A stretch of 42,223 nt of DNA from Neovahlkampfia damariscottae (taxonomy: Eukaryota). Location of the stretch: contig JABLTG010000168.1 of the NCBI GenBank assembly GCA_016618085.1, positions 1-42,223 of the forward strand. Reading direction: 5' to 3'. The position numbers and the translations under genes were made by a program. Shown here in pieces: positions 10,609 to 22,224 of this stretch. A model generated the notes under the pieces. The model did not search any database and had not been told where the DNA came from. It saw only the letters and a program-made list of their open reading frames with translations. Each line of letters begins with the position of its first letter. Positions within the stretch are counted from its first letter, which is position 1.

Positions 10609-11322
10609 TTATTTATCACTTTTCTTTTTTTTCTTTCTAATAAATTTATCAATACAAACAAGACCCTTTTGAGATATTTAAAACTTTCATTTTTTTTTAT
10701 GATTACCAGTAAAAAGTGAAGTATTGCTACACCAAACATGATATAACCTGATATTTGAGTTAATAAAAGAAATATTTGAGGTGCTTGAACAGTCAAACCT
10801 AAAATGAAAAACCCCTCACTTGTAAAATATTAAAACTTTAAAATTAATCAAACAAAAGTTGAACAAATGCTTTTCCAAAATAAAATGAAAAAAATTTTAA
10901 ATAGGACATTGTGAACTCGAACTAAATTGAAAAAAAAAATTAAAATTTTTGTTAGAATTTACATTTAATTCGAGATACATAATTGCAGAAGCAAAAAAAA
11001 TTCTCCACATAATTTGAGAATAAAAAATTACTTGAGAGAGAACATCAGGTTTTGAAGGTTGTCCAACGAATATGAAACTTGCTTGCATTCCTATCACAAA
11101 TCCACATGCTATCCATGTAATTAACTATTTTTTTTAATTTTTTTGGTTGAATACCAAAACGATGATTGATAAAACAACAAAAAAGTATCGTAATATTTTC
11201 ATTCTCAATGATTCATATTCAGTCATATCCATCATTGGTGTTTCTTCAGATGCTTTGATTTCAAGAACATCATGTATTATTTCTTCTTTTTTTTCTTCTA
11301 GAGTTTCTTCTGTTGTTTGCAT
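10609..11322 (-). CDS. COPI-associated (Tvp15-like) multi-pass membrane protein
   Basis: Four short GT-AG introns give ...MYLELNFEFTMSYLKFFSFYFGKAFVQLFEGFFILG...; four hydrophobic segments; ends KKKKSDK. Confidence 0.6.
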
Positions 11323-11498
11323 TTGTAATTTGTTTGGACAAAAATTGAACCAATGAAAAGGTGATGAAAATTGATTGAAGGTATATTTTTAATTTTTTCT
11401 AAATTTTTTCAATTTTTCTTTTTTAAACTTATTGTTTTTATTGTCCAATCATATTGTTCACTTTTTCAACTTCATCCAAACAACAAAAGTTATAAAAT

Positions 11499-11840
11499 AT
11501 GTCTTCAGGTCCAAAAGAAATTGCATACGTTGACCCAGATGACCTTGAAAGAAAAGAACAAGAAGATTTTAAAAATGGGCCATTATCTGTTTTATTAGAA
11601 TCTGTAAAAGAACAATCTCAAGTTATGGTTGCTTGTAGAAATAATAGAAAAATTTTAGCAAGAGTAAAAGCATTTGATCGTCATTGTAATATGGTTTTGG
11701 AAAATTCTATTGAATTTTGGACAGAAATGCCAAAAAATGGAAAAAATAGTAAACCGATAAATAAACAAAGAAAAATCAGCAAAATGTTTCTCCGAGGTGA
11801 TTCAGTAATTATGGTTGTAAGAAATCCAAAAAAAAAATAA
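11499..11840 (+). CDS. SNRPD2: snRNP core protein Sm D2
   Basis: GPLSVL...CRNNRK...[14 protein letters not shown]...[12 protein letters not shown]. Confidence 0.97.
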   Translation: MSSGPKEIAYVDPDDLERKEQEDFKNGPLSVLLESVKEQSQVMVACRNNRKILARVKAFDRHCNMVLENSIEFWTEMPKNGKNSKPINKQRKISKMFLRGDSVIMVVRNPKKK

Positions 11841-11886
11841 AAAAAAACAATTTTTTTGAAATTAAAAGTTTCTCTTGTTAAAAAAT

Positions 11887-12132
11887 TTATTTACTTTCTT
11901 TTTTTTTTAAAGCACCGATTTCTTTAACTGGAAGATTTGGAGGAAGTGATTGTTTCAATCTTGCAGCTTTTTCTTCATCTCTGAGAACAAGAGTATAGAG
12001 GTATTGTTTTGTTCTGAGTTTGAATTTTAATTTTCTTGAATCTTGTTTTTTTTTATAGATTGTAACTTTTGATGCATCTTGTTGACGTGCTTTTCTTAAA
12101 AAATCTTTAATTTCAGTAATTTGTTTTGGCAT
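11887..12132 (-). CDS. RPL38: 60S ribosomal protein L38 (eL38)
   Basis: [18 protein letters not shown]...KFKLR...YLYTLV...[10 protein letters not shown]. Confidence 0.97.
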   Translation of the reverse strand: MPKQITEIKDFLRKARQQDASKVTIYKKKQDSRKLKFKLRTKQYLYTLVLRDEEKAARLKQSLPPNLPVKEIGALKKKESK

Positions 12133-12332
12133 TGTATACTCTTCTTAAATCTTTGGACAAAACTTTGTGCGAATTCAATTGGTCAATTGTAGATACTTAA
12201 GAAATTTTTCTCATTGGCGGAACATTTTTTTTCACATTTTTTTGTTTGATTTTCATCAGAAATATCAATTTTTAGCTATATCTATTTCGAAAAATTTTAG
12301 TCTTCAAATTGATGAATTTTTTTTTTAATTTT

Positions 12333-12725
12333 TTATTGAAGAATACAATCTTTTTGTTGTTGTTTTGTCATTGTAAATTTTTCCAATTTTTTAGTTGGTA
12401 TTTTATTATCAACAAAATCTTTTCCACTAACTCCAATAACATCAAAACATCCACCGTATTTGTTGCATAAATTCAAACCATGAGTCGCTCCTTTTGATGT
12501 TTTGAAATAAACAATAGCAACACCAAAAACTAAACTGCTACCTTTTTCTAATTTAACTTTTTCCACTCCACCTGGACATTTTGAGAACTTTTCTTTGATT
12601 TCAGGTGCTTTGGTCAAGTATGGTAAATCCAAAACAACTACAACTTTGTCAAGTTCTTTAAAATCACTTAATTCTTTTCTAACAATAGTTTCAGCAAACT
12701 CTGATTCAAAATCTTCGTCAATCAT
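12333..12725 (-). CDS. RRM-like domain protein
   Basis: VVVLDLP (RNP2-like) and FGVAIVYFKT (RNP1-like); ATTGG at 12747-12751. Confidence 0.6.
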   Translation of the reverse strand: MIDEDFESEFAETIVRKELSDFKELDKVVVVLDLPYLTKAPEIKEKFSKCPGGVEKVKLEKGSSLVFGVAIVYFKTSKGATHGLNLCNKYGGCFDVIGVSGKDFVDNKIPTKKLEKFTMTKQQQKDCILQ

Positions 12726-13138
12726 GTTTTTTTTACAAAGTTCTTGATTGGTCCATACAGAACCAGTTTAATACACTTTTATTTGTCTTGAAAATGTTTC
12801 AATTTCCTTCAATTCTACACTTTAAAGATTAGATTGAAATTCATATTTAATCAATTAGAATTTTAAATGGTTCAGTTATTTTAGGGTTCAATAAAACATT
12901 AGGTAGTTTTTTTTTTCGTCTATCCAAAAGTCTATCAGCTAGTTTAGAACTACCTTCACTTCAGTCGCAGTTCCAATAATAGAAAAAGGGTAGTACTGAT
13001 GGCATTGGATGAAAATCAGTTGCCTACATCAAAATTTCTGACTTGATAAAATTTATATATTTTGTTTCTCCTTTAACAATATGACCTTATCAAAATGCAA
13101 TAATTTTTATTCATACGTTATTAATTTGAAAAGAATTT

Positions 13139-14118
13139 TTAAGGTTTTGCTTTTAGTGTAGGTGTGACATGATTTGGTGTAACTGATTTTGGTGTGAATA
13201 TTTTTGTTTCAACTAATGTTGTAGGAGTATAATTCAAACGAAGATAAAGTATAAATGTTAATTGAATCATTGAAATTAAAATTGCAATTACCAATGATAT
13301 TTTTTTCTTATTTACATCAATGGTAGAAAGTGTTTTCACAATGGAAATCACAGAAAGTGTACCAACGATAGCAAACAATATTACAAAGATACTAAATGAA
13401 TGAATATTCAATATATTTGGTAATTGAATCAAACAAATTGGAAACAGATGATAACCCTGTTAATTAATTAAATTTAAATTGCTTACAGTGATTGAAATTG
13501 ATTGTGAAAGTGATACTGATATGTCATTAAAAAAAAAAGCAAAAAAACAAATTGCTGAGTTGGTAATCCAAAAAATGAAGCAAATAAACATTGATGTTCC
13601 TAACAATGTACCTTCTGCTTTTGCTCCAAATTCATAAGTTCCTGATTTTAAAGATAAAACTAAAATTGTCACTAAAGTGAAAAATGACATAATAGGACCA
13701 TAAAAATCAGGTTTTTGTAAAATTGATTTCATTGAAGTTGGTTTTAAAGTTGAAATTAATCTTTTGAGGACTTCTTTTTCATCAAGCTGAAAATAAGGTT
13801 GTAAGAATTGAAATTGAAACCAATTTGAATTCGAAGCTGAAGAGTAAGCAGATGAAAGAACCTTTTCCAATTAATTATATTTTTTCAAACTGTTTTTGCT
13901 ACAAAGCCATAATTTGAATTTATTCCTTCTTCTAATATATTTAAAGGTACTGATGGTTGTGGTTTTGAATCTATTTTATGAACTTCGTCAAAAGGTTCAA
14001 ATTTTGTGGTCTCATTTGGATCACTAGAAAACCATTCTTGTGTATCTTCTTTTGGTGTTTCTTCATCATTTGGTGGAATTATTATAGTTTCTTTGTTTGC
14101 TTGCAATTTTTCATCCAT
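13139..14118 (-). CDS. YIPF3: Yip1-domain protein, YIPF3-like
   Basis: PYFQLD..EVLKRL...PDFYGP...EGTLLGTSMFICFIFW; introns 13862-13890 and 13457-13486. Confidence 0.75.
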
Positions 14119-14336
14119 TTTTTTTTTGAATTGAGTTGATTGGTCTTGTTTAAGATCCAATCAAACTTCTGTTTGTTTTGACATTAATTTGCTTTATGTT
14201 GATAAAACTTTAATGATTGAAGAATTAATAGACGATAAATCAGAACCAAGACAAGTATTATGTCAATGATCCAATACTTTGTCGAAAAATAGTGCGACCA
14301 ATTTTCCGAGTTCACTTGGATTCCTCAATAAAAAAT

Positions 14337-16306
14337 TTATTCTTTTTTGCCACATTCAGATTTATGACCATTTTTCCAATGATTCAATTGACACTCTTTT
14401 CCACAATATCTTAAACTTTTACAACCTCCACAAAGCAAAAATTTTTTATCTTTTGGAGTTTGTGTTCTATCACACCAAGCACAAATTCTAACATCTGAAT
14501 CTTTTGAAGATAATTCAACTTTTGAAATATAATCATCAAATAAATTCAATTCCTTTTCAGTTTTATAAACTACTTTTAAAGGATACAATTCATTTGAACT
14601 AAAATTTGTTGATGAAAAATCATCTTCATTTTTTGTTATTATTCTACCAAATTTAAGTTGGCAATGATTTAAAATATCAATTTTCATTTTTTTTAAAACA
14701 ATTTTTTTATCTTCGTCAATGATTTCATTGGATATTTTTGCGTCAATTTTTTGGTTGAATATTTCCAATTCGCCCCATGCCAAAATGGTAAATTTTTTCA
14801 AAGCAACAAATATTTTTGATCTCAATTGAAACCTTGAAATTTTAGTTGGATTTAGTAAAATAGCTATAGATATATCTGTAATAGCATTTTCGTACTCTTC
14901 TAATTTCATGAATGTTTCAGCTCTTTTTTCATAAAAAGTGGACAATTCTTCTTCTTTTGATACTTTAATTTTTTTTGACAAATCTTTTATTGCTGAATTT
15001 TTCATCAATTGAGGAGAATTAAATTCATTAAATTTTTCAATCAAATTACTCAAAATTAATATCTTTTCTTTGTATTCTTTCTCTTGAAATTCCTTGAATG
15101 ATTTTAATTGTTTTAAATATTTGGTTGATTCAAATTGTTCATTTGTAAAATTTGAAACAATTTTTTGAAATTTTTTTCCTTCAATAATTTGTTCATAAAA
15201 TAAAATAAACAACAAATCAAATTCAAATTTTGATAAAATAATTTTCAATGATTTTTCATTTTTAAGACATAATTCAAAAATATCCAGTGCTTTTAGTTTA
15301 ATTCCACCATCATATCCATTTGATTTTATTAAATATTTTAAAGTTGGTATAATTTCATTGGAGTATTTTATCAAATAATCCATTGATTGGGCAGTCGTCT
15401 TTAAAAAATGAATTCCTAATTTTAAAAAAGCATATAACGACGAAGTTGAATAACATAAATTAATAAAAAAATTAAAATTTTTAAAATAATCATCACATAA
15501 AAACCAAATTAATCCAAGTTCTAAATTTCCTAAAAGATCAAAAGAACATAATTTCATCATTTCTATTTTTTTAAAAACAATTTCATTTAATATTTCTTGT
15601 TCATTTTCATATTCTTCTTTTTTTAAATTCATTTCTTTTAATTCCATTTTTAGAATATTTTGAACCCAATTTTTTCGACCTTCAAATTGAAAGTATCTTT
15701 GAAATACAATTTCATTAGAAAATAATCCGAATTTAAAAATTGAAAAAATTTCTTTTGGTTTTTTTAAAATATTAACCAATCCTTTATGATGATATTTATT
15801 AAATAAGTTTAAAATCTAAAATTGAGTTATATATTTTTTTTTTGACTAACTTTCAAAATACCCAATGAACAAATCCACGAATATTGACCTGAACTTGATA
15901 AAAGGTACAAAAATATTTCAATTCCTTCATGTTTTTCAATAATTTGATAAGAAGTTTCATAATTTAAACTTTTAAATAAAATTTCAATAATATAATAAGG
16001 TAGATAAAAATTTTGGTCTTTTGATAAAAATTTATCATCATGAGGAACATGATTTTTTAAAATTCTTAATAAACACTCTATTAATCCACTTTCTAAATAT
16101 TCTTCAAAACTTATTGATTTTGTGTTGGTTCTATAAATTGAACTTATTGGTAGAACTAAACCTTCTTCATTTTTTAGAGAAGAAAAATTCTTAAAAAATT
16201 TTGTTAGTTTTTGAATTCTTTTGTTTTTATTCATTTCATCTCTTGCACATTGTAGACAGAGGCTAGGTGTTTGCATTGGACAATGACCATTGTTATTGTT
16301 GTTCAT
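14337..16306 (-). CDS. Helical-repeat/TPR protein with C-terminal MYND zinc finger
   Basis: Intron 15816-15850; TPR-like FYEKRAETFMKLEEYENAITDISIAILLNP; CAWC...CGGCKSLRYCGKECQLNHWKNGHKSEC. Confidence 0.85.
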
Positions 16307-16383
16307 TTTTTTGTTAAATGGTGTATTTCTATTGGTTCATTTTTCTGTCGAATTTGTTTCTGTGTTGAAAAACGGTCAAATAA

Positions 16384-17603
16384 ATGGTAAAGTTGAAATT
16401 CTTGGTTCTATTTCAAATTTTAAGTTATTTATTAATTTTGTATTTTTATTTCTTTATGTACTTTTGTTCTTGGAAAGTAGACAACTCTGAAAAAATTGTA
16501 AAAAGAAAATTTTTGTTTAAATTTTCATTTCAAGGTAGTTTTGGCAGATCCTCAAATGGAAGGATATGGGAGAGTATTAATTTTTATATATTAAATGATG
16601 AAAGGTTTATTATCAAGGTATTTTCTTTTATTGACTCACACAACGCAGGTCTTTTTGGAAAAATAAACAATCAACTAAATGACTTTTATTATCGATTTTT
16701 ATCAATAAATATACAAAAATATTTGAAACCAAATTATGTTTTTGTTATTGGAGATATTGTAAAATAGAACATTCTAAATTTTTAACATAATTAGTTTTCA
16801 CATCATCAAATACCTCAAGATGATTTTCTACCAAGAATTGAGAGATTTAACTATATTTTTAATCAAGTATACTTTAAATTATAATTTAAAACAAAAAAGA
16901 CAATTTCAAAATTCAAGATGGTTCAATTGTCAGGAAATCATGATGTTGGATATGGAATAGAACAACATCAATACTTTTTTGAAAGATTTAAACATTATTT
17001 TGGTCCATTATATCAAAAAATTGAATTTAAAAATAATATCATTGCTGTTATTGATTCAATGGTTTTAGATGGAAGTGCAATTCAACAATATCAAGAAGAT
17101 TCTTGGAATTTTTTGAAATTGCTTGCAACAGAGGCAAATGATAGAAAAAAGAAATTATTTTTATTTACTCATGTACCACTTTATAAACCAAAAGGGAATT
17201 GTGTGGATGATCCAACTTGTTTAAAAAAAAATGGATTTGTTTATCAACAAAATATGTTGTCAAAAGAAACATCAACATTCATTCTAGAAAAAATCAAACC
17301 AAATTTGATAATATCAGGTCATGATCATGAAGGATGCACATATGATCATACAAAGCATCTTCGAGAGTAATTTCAAAAAAATTTGAAAGTTTAACTTTTA
17401 GATATACATTGAGAAGTGTAATGGGAGAATTTGGTGGAAATATTGGAATGTTTGAATTCAATGATGATGAATTCAATTTTCAAACTTGTTCATTTGGAAA
17501 TGCAAAATATGTTTTCACTCTTGTTGTTGTATCAATTTTGATCACAATTTATAACTTTATTTGTATTGGTTTATTTGGTGGAAAAAAAGAAAAAGTAAAT
17601 TAA
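16384..17603 (+). CDS. Metallophosphoesterase of the MPPE1/PGAP5/Ted1/Cdc1 family
   Basis: Spliced model gives ADPQMEG, GD, GNHDVG, H and SGHDH motifs, N- and C-terminal TM segments and a KKEKVN tail; six tiny introns including a 13-nt exon (16605-16617). Confidence 0.85.
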
Positions 17604-18085
17604 TTTTTCAATTCACTCTGTATCTTTTTTGTCAATTCTTGAATGTCATGATCTATATTTTCAAGTTTATCATTCATTGTTCTAATATCTTCATTAATTA
17701 AACCTGGCTTCATTTTTTGTGTCATTTCAACATTAGTTTGTGATTTTTTCATCTTATTGACTTCTTTTAAAAGTTCAATTATTCTTTTTCTTTTCTTATC
17801 TTTCAATGTTGCAAGCACTTGTTTTCTAGCTTTGTTGTAACTTCTTTTTTCTCCTAAATAAAGCATTGCATAAAGGGCTTAATTTTAAAAATTTATCAAT
17901 TTTTGATCTGATTTACCTGTAACAGTAGCATAGGTACCAACTAAAGTAGGGTAGGTTTTTACAAAATAAATTGAATCTTTCACTTTTGTTTCTGTTTTTC
18001 TTTTATAAAATATTATACAGTCCAATAAATATTCTCTTGTTGATCCTGGATAATCAGAATAACTTTTTGGAAAAATTTTGTTCAT
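17600..18085 (-). CDS. Hypothetical single-TM coiled-coil protein
   Basis: Intron 17878-17916 joins two ORFs in frame; TM LVGTYATVTALYAMLYL. Confidence 0.6.
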
Positions 18086-18177
18086 AATTTTGGTGAAGAA
18101 AAAAAAACCAATCGGAGTTTTTTATATCACTTGAACCATTTATCCAATCAATTCACGACAAGTTTCCAATATAAAAT

Positions 18178-19890
18178 ATGACAACAGAAAGTGATAACAA
18201 AAAATTCTTTCCATCTTATGTAGTTGATGGTGCTAAATTATTATATAATAGTGAATATGAAAAATGTGAAAACGTTTTATCAAAATATCTTGATTTTTGT
18301 CCTTTTGCAAATTACTTGAAAGGTGAAATATATACGATGAGAAGCTTTACAACACAAAGTAGAGAAGATAGAGAAAAAGTTCTTGAATGGTCAGCAATCG
18401 CAGAAACCTTAGCCAATGATATTATATCAAATGACAAAAAACTTGTGGCTTATATTCAAAAAGTAACTGATAAAACAAATATCAGTGATCAAGACAAGAA
18501 AAATTGGAAAGTTGCATTGAAAATACTCATTGGAGATGCTATTCTTGGAAGAGGAATGTCCCAAATGCAAATAAATCAATATGTTTATGGAGCTTGGAAT
18601 TTAAACAAATCATATAAAATGTATGACTCAATTTTAAAAAAATCAAAATCAAAAAATGAAGAAAATATACATCCAGATGTTATTTTAAATTTAAAATATG
18701 GTGTTGGATTGTTTAATTTTATCGTTTCAATGATTCCTTATCCTTCAGTGCAATCAATTCTATCATTAATTGGTTTCAAAGGAGATGGAGATTTAGGAAT
18801 TCAATATTTAAAAGACAACTATGAAGGAGATGGATTAAAATCAGCTTATGCTTCAATGATTTTATTAATGTCTTATTTGATGATCCCAACAGCGTATTCA
18901 AGTGTTGAAGAGAATTTAAAAATGGCAAAACCTATTATTGATTTTTGTAAAGAAAAATATCCGAATGGATCAATGATTCAATATATAGTGAGCATGTATG
19001 AAAGAAAAACTGGAAATGCTGAAGGTGCTCTTGAAGCTTTAGAAAGTGGTGTGAAAAGTTGTCAAGAAATTAATATTGAACCAAAAATGTTTATTTGGGA
19101 AATTGGTAATTGTCATATGATGTCATTGAATTGGGAACCAGCTATTGAACAATTAGAAAAAGTAGTTCTTAAAAGTGATGAAGGATTTGAATTCTTATCT
19201 TTATGTGCACTTCAATTGGCATGTCTTTATTCAATGGCTGGAAAAGATAAAGAATCAATTGAAATATTAGGAAAAGTTGATTCATTCTGTTCCAAGGTGA
19301 AATTTAATGATGTTTTATTAATATTTTATAGAAGGGTAAATTTGATGAAATTGCAAGCAAGAAAAGTAAAGAAATTTTGGAATCACAAGATAAATCAATT
19401 TTATTATATTCAATGATGTTTGAGATTTTATTTTTTAGAAGAGATGTTGCTCATATGTCTGAGAAACATTTGAATGATTCATTAGAACATTTGGATAAAT
19501 TATCAAAATCATTAAATTTAGATGAAAATAAAAAAGAAAAGAATGCTCAGACAGCTCAAATTGTTGGATATTATGTCATTCAAGCAGCTGTTTATAATGG
19601 ATTGAAAAAAGTTGATGAAGCAAAGAAATCATATTTAAAAGCAATCTCTTATTCAGATTATGTATTGAAAAATGGACTACATTGTAACTGAAGATATTCT
19701 TTCTAATTATTTTAAAGGGATTGTTGCTGCAAATTATGATGTTAGTGAAATATTCTTCAGAGAAAAAGATTTTAAAAGTTGTGAATCATATTTAAATGCT
19801 GCTGGAGGATATTCAAATTATGACTGGGATCAAGTTTATAAATCAAGAATCAATAAAGCAAAAAAAGAATTCAAAAAGTTGACAAAATAA
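18178..19890 (+). CDS. TTC39/IML2-family TPR protein
   Basis: GAWNLNKSYKMY...YGVGLFNFIVSMIP...ILSLIGFKGDGDLGIQYL...YPNG; two short introns join the three ORFs. Confidence 0.85.
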
Positions 19891-19918
19891 ATGCTACAGT
19901 TTTCCACATAGAATTTTT

Positions 19919-20056
19919 AAAAACGAGTTTAAGCTCCAATCTCACAACTCTGCCAGCTCTAGCAATTAAAGCACATATAATCGAACGTAGTGACTTAGAT
20001 TAGGTGAGTCTATCTCCTTTGCTTGAAGACCACTTGGGAACCGGGAGTGTTGTAAA
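19919..20056 (-). ncRNA. Candidate structured ncRNA (~138 nt) with tRNA-like A/B boxes and oligo-T end
   Basis: GC-rich island with no ORF; terminal stems UUUACAAC/GUUGUGAG and CCGGUUC/GAGCUGG; A-box-like TTCCCAAGTGG (20040-20030), B-box-like GTTCGATTA (19986-19978), TTTTT at 19923-19919. Confidence 0.5.
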
Positions 20057-20070
20057 CTTTTTGTGTTTTG

Positions 20071-20075
20071 ATTGG
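20071..20075 (-). promoter_or_regulatory. Orphan CCAAT box directly upstream of the ncRNA candidate
   Basis: AACCAATCA on the minus strand, 15 nt before the predicted RNA stem, not next to any recognised protein gene start. Confidence 0.45.
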
Positions 20076-20259
20076 TTTTCAATAGGTTGATGGAAAAAGA
20101 GAATTCTAAAGAATCTTGTCAATACCATGATATGTTCGTTAATTCTAAATGAATATCTACTTCTTAGAATATGCCTTTGTCTGGATATTGAAGTTGATCA
20201 AGTGATAAACATTGAAATTCAAAATGATTTGATTGGTTAATTATTCCAGTGGAAAAAAA

Positions 20260-22224
20260 ATGCTGAGGTTAGCAAAAAACAAACAAATTTTACAGTTGGC
20301 CAAACGAAATAAATTTTTGATAATAAATGAGAAACATCTACTAACAAAAACACCATACCAACAACAAATTAGGTTTTACAATAAACAACAAGAAGACAAA
20401 AAAAAAGAAGAAGATGAAGAAGCTGATAAGTTGGAAAATTTATCATTTGAAAAAATGGCAAAAAAATCAAAATTAGCTGGCTCATTATTAACACCACCAA
20501 GTTATACAGATAGGTTGAAAGGTTTAGGACAAACTGTCGTTAATTTTTCATTAAAAATCATCAAAATGATTCCTGGTTTATTATGGAAATCTTTAGTGTT
20601 TACGTATAACAAGCTCATAGAATTTATCCGAAATCCTGCTGTTGTGAAAGATTGGTATCAATACATGAAAACAGGTACAGTTAATTTTCTTCATCATAAT
20701 TGGGTTGGTGCAAAACTTTTGTATGCTGACATTAAAACATCAACAAAATTACTTAAAAAAGTTATTAGAGGAGTTTCTTTGACAAGAAGAGAAAAGAATC
20801 AAGTAACCGTTTTTTTTTTGTTTTCACACAACTTTTTTAGTTACTTGCTACTGTTTCTGATTTATTTAGACTTGTTCCATTATTATTTTTTTTAGTTGTA
20901 CCAATGTTAGAATTTGCTTTACCTTTTGCAATTAAATTATTTCCAAACATGTTACCAAGACAATTTGAAGATGAAGATGCAAAAAAAATTAAAGTACTCA
21001 TTTTTTATTCTTATATTATAAAAAGGATAAACAATTGAAACAAACATTGAAAGCAAAATTAGCTCTTGCTAAATTTTTACAAGACACAGTTGTTATTATG
21101 GCAAATGATTTAAAACAAACTAGTACAGAAGAAACAAAAAAAACGGCAGAAGAACTTACACAATTTATGCGTAAAGTTAAAATGGGTGAAAAAGTACACA
21201 ATGAGGAATTGGCCAAATTTTCCAAATTCTTTTCTGATGAAATTACTTTGGACAATATCTCAAGACCACAACTTGTAGCGATGTGTAGATTTTTAGGTTT
21301 ATATGAATATGGTACAGATGCTCTATTAAGATATAGATTAAACACAAAATTAGGAAGAATCAAAGCAGATGATAGAGTAAACAGAGAAACAAAAAAAAAT
21401 ATTAACATTTTAAAAAGTATATTGCATGGGAAGGTGTTAAATCATTATCAACTGAAGAACTTGTATTAGCGTGTACTGAAAGAGGTATAAAAGTTTCTGT
21501 ACCAAAAGTTGAATTACAAAATCAACTTGATAGTTGGATTAAATTATCATTGGATCAACAAATACCACCAACTCTTTTAATTCTTTCAAGAATATTTGCA
21601 TTTACTGATGAAGCAGATTCATCTGAAGCAATTAAAGCAACTATTGGAAGTTTATCTGAATCAGTTGTTAAACAAGTTGGTTCAACAGATAATGAATCAA
21701 GATTAGAAAAATTGAAAAGACAATCTGAACTTATTGAAGAAGAACTTATTGATGCTTCAAGTACAACAGATTCTAAAAAGGAAGAAGCATTAAAAATCAA
21801 TGAAATCAGAGAAGCCATTGCAAGTGCAAGTCAAGATCCATTGGCAATTGAAAAAGATCAAGTTGAAGATTTAATTGATGATATTGATTTGATTTCTGAA
21901 AAAACTGATTCACCAGAACTTTTAAAAATTACTCAACGTGTTTCTGTTTTATTACAACAATTGGAAGAAAATATTGATTCATTTGATGAAAAAATGACTT
22001 CAGAACAAAAAGAAATTTTACAAATTTTGGATACTAAAAAAGATGGAAATATTTCAGTTCAAGAAATTAGAGATTTCTTAAAAGGACCTCTTTATAAAGA
22101 TCAAAACTTTACTGATAAACAAGTTGAAGATATTATTTCAAAAATTGATACTGATCATGATGGTACTGTTTCATTAAAACAACTTGTAATTGAATTGAAA
22201 GATGCAAAAAAATCAATTGAATAA
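20260..22224 (+). CDS. LETM1: LETM1/Mdm38 mitochondrial inner-membrane protein with EF-hands
   Basis: [14 protein letters not shown]...LTRREK...KLFPNMLP...LAKFLQDT...[21 protein letters not shown]...GTD.LLRYRL; EF-hands DTKKDGNIS and DTDHDGTVS. Confidence 0.93.

Noticed and set aside
14213..14491. + strand ORF with in-frame TGA in a C-Q-TGA context
   Set aside because: Continues antisense into the MYND gene, no SECIS-like element seen, no recognisable protein
19925..19943. AGATTGGAGCTTA on the minus strand resembles RNase MRP CR-V
   Set aside because: No matching CR-I (GAAAGUCUCC-like) to form P4, and the element is too short
19985..20020. GGAGA...CACCTAATCTA resembling a TPP riboswitch or a telomerase template
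   Set aside because: Lacks CUGAGA and the UAAU/GCG..GG P4-P5 core; no 1.5x copy of a recognisable telomere repeat
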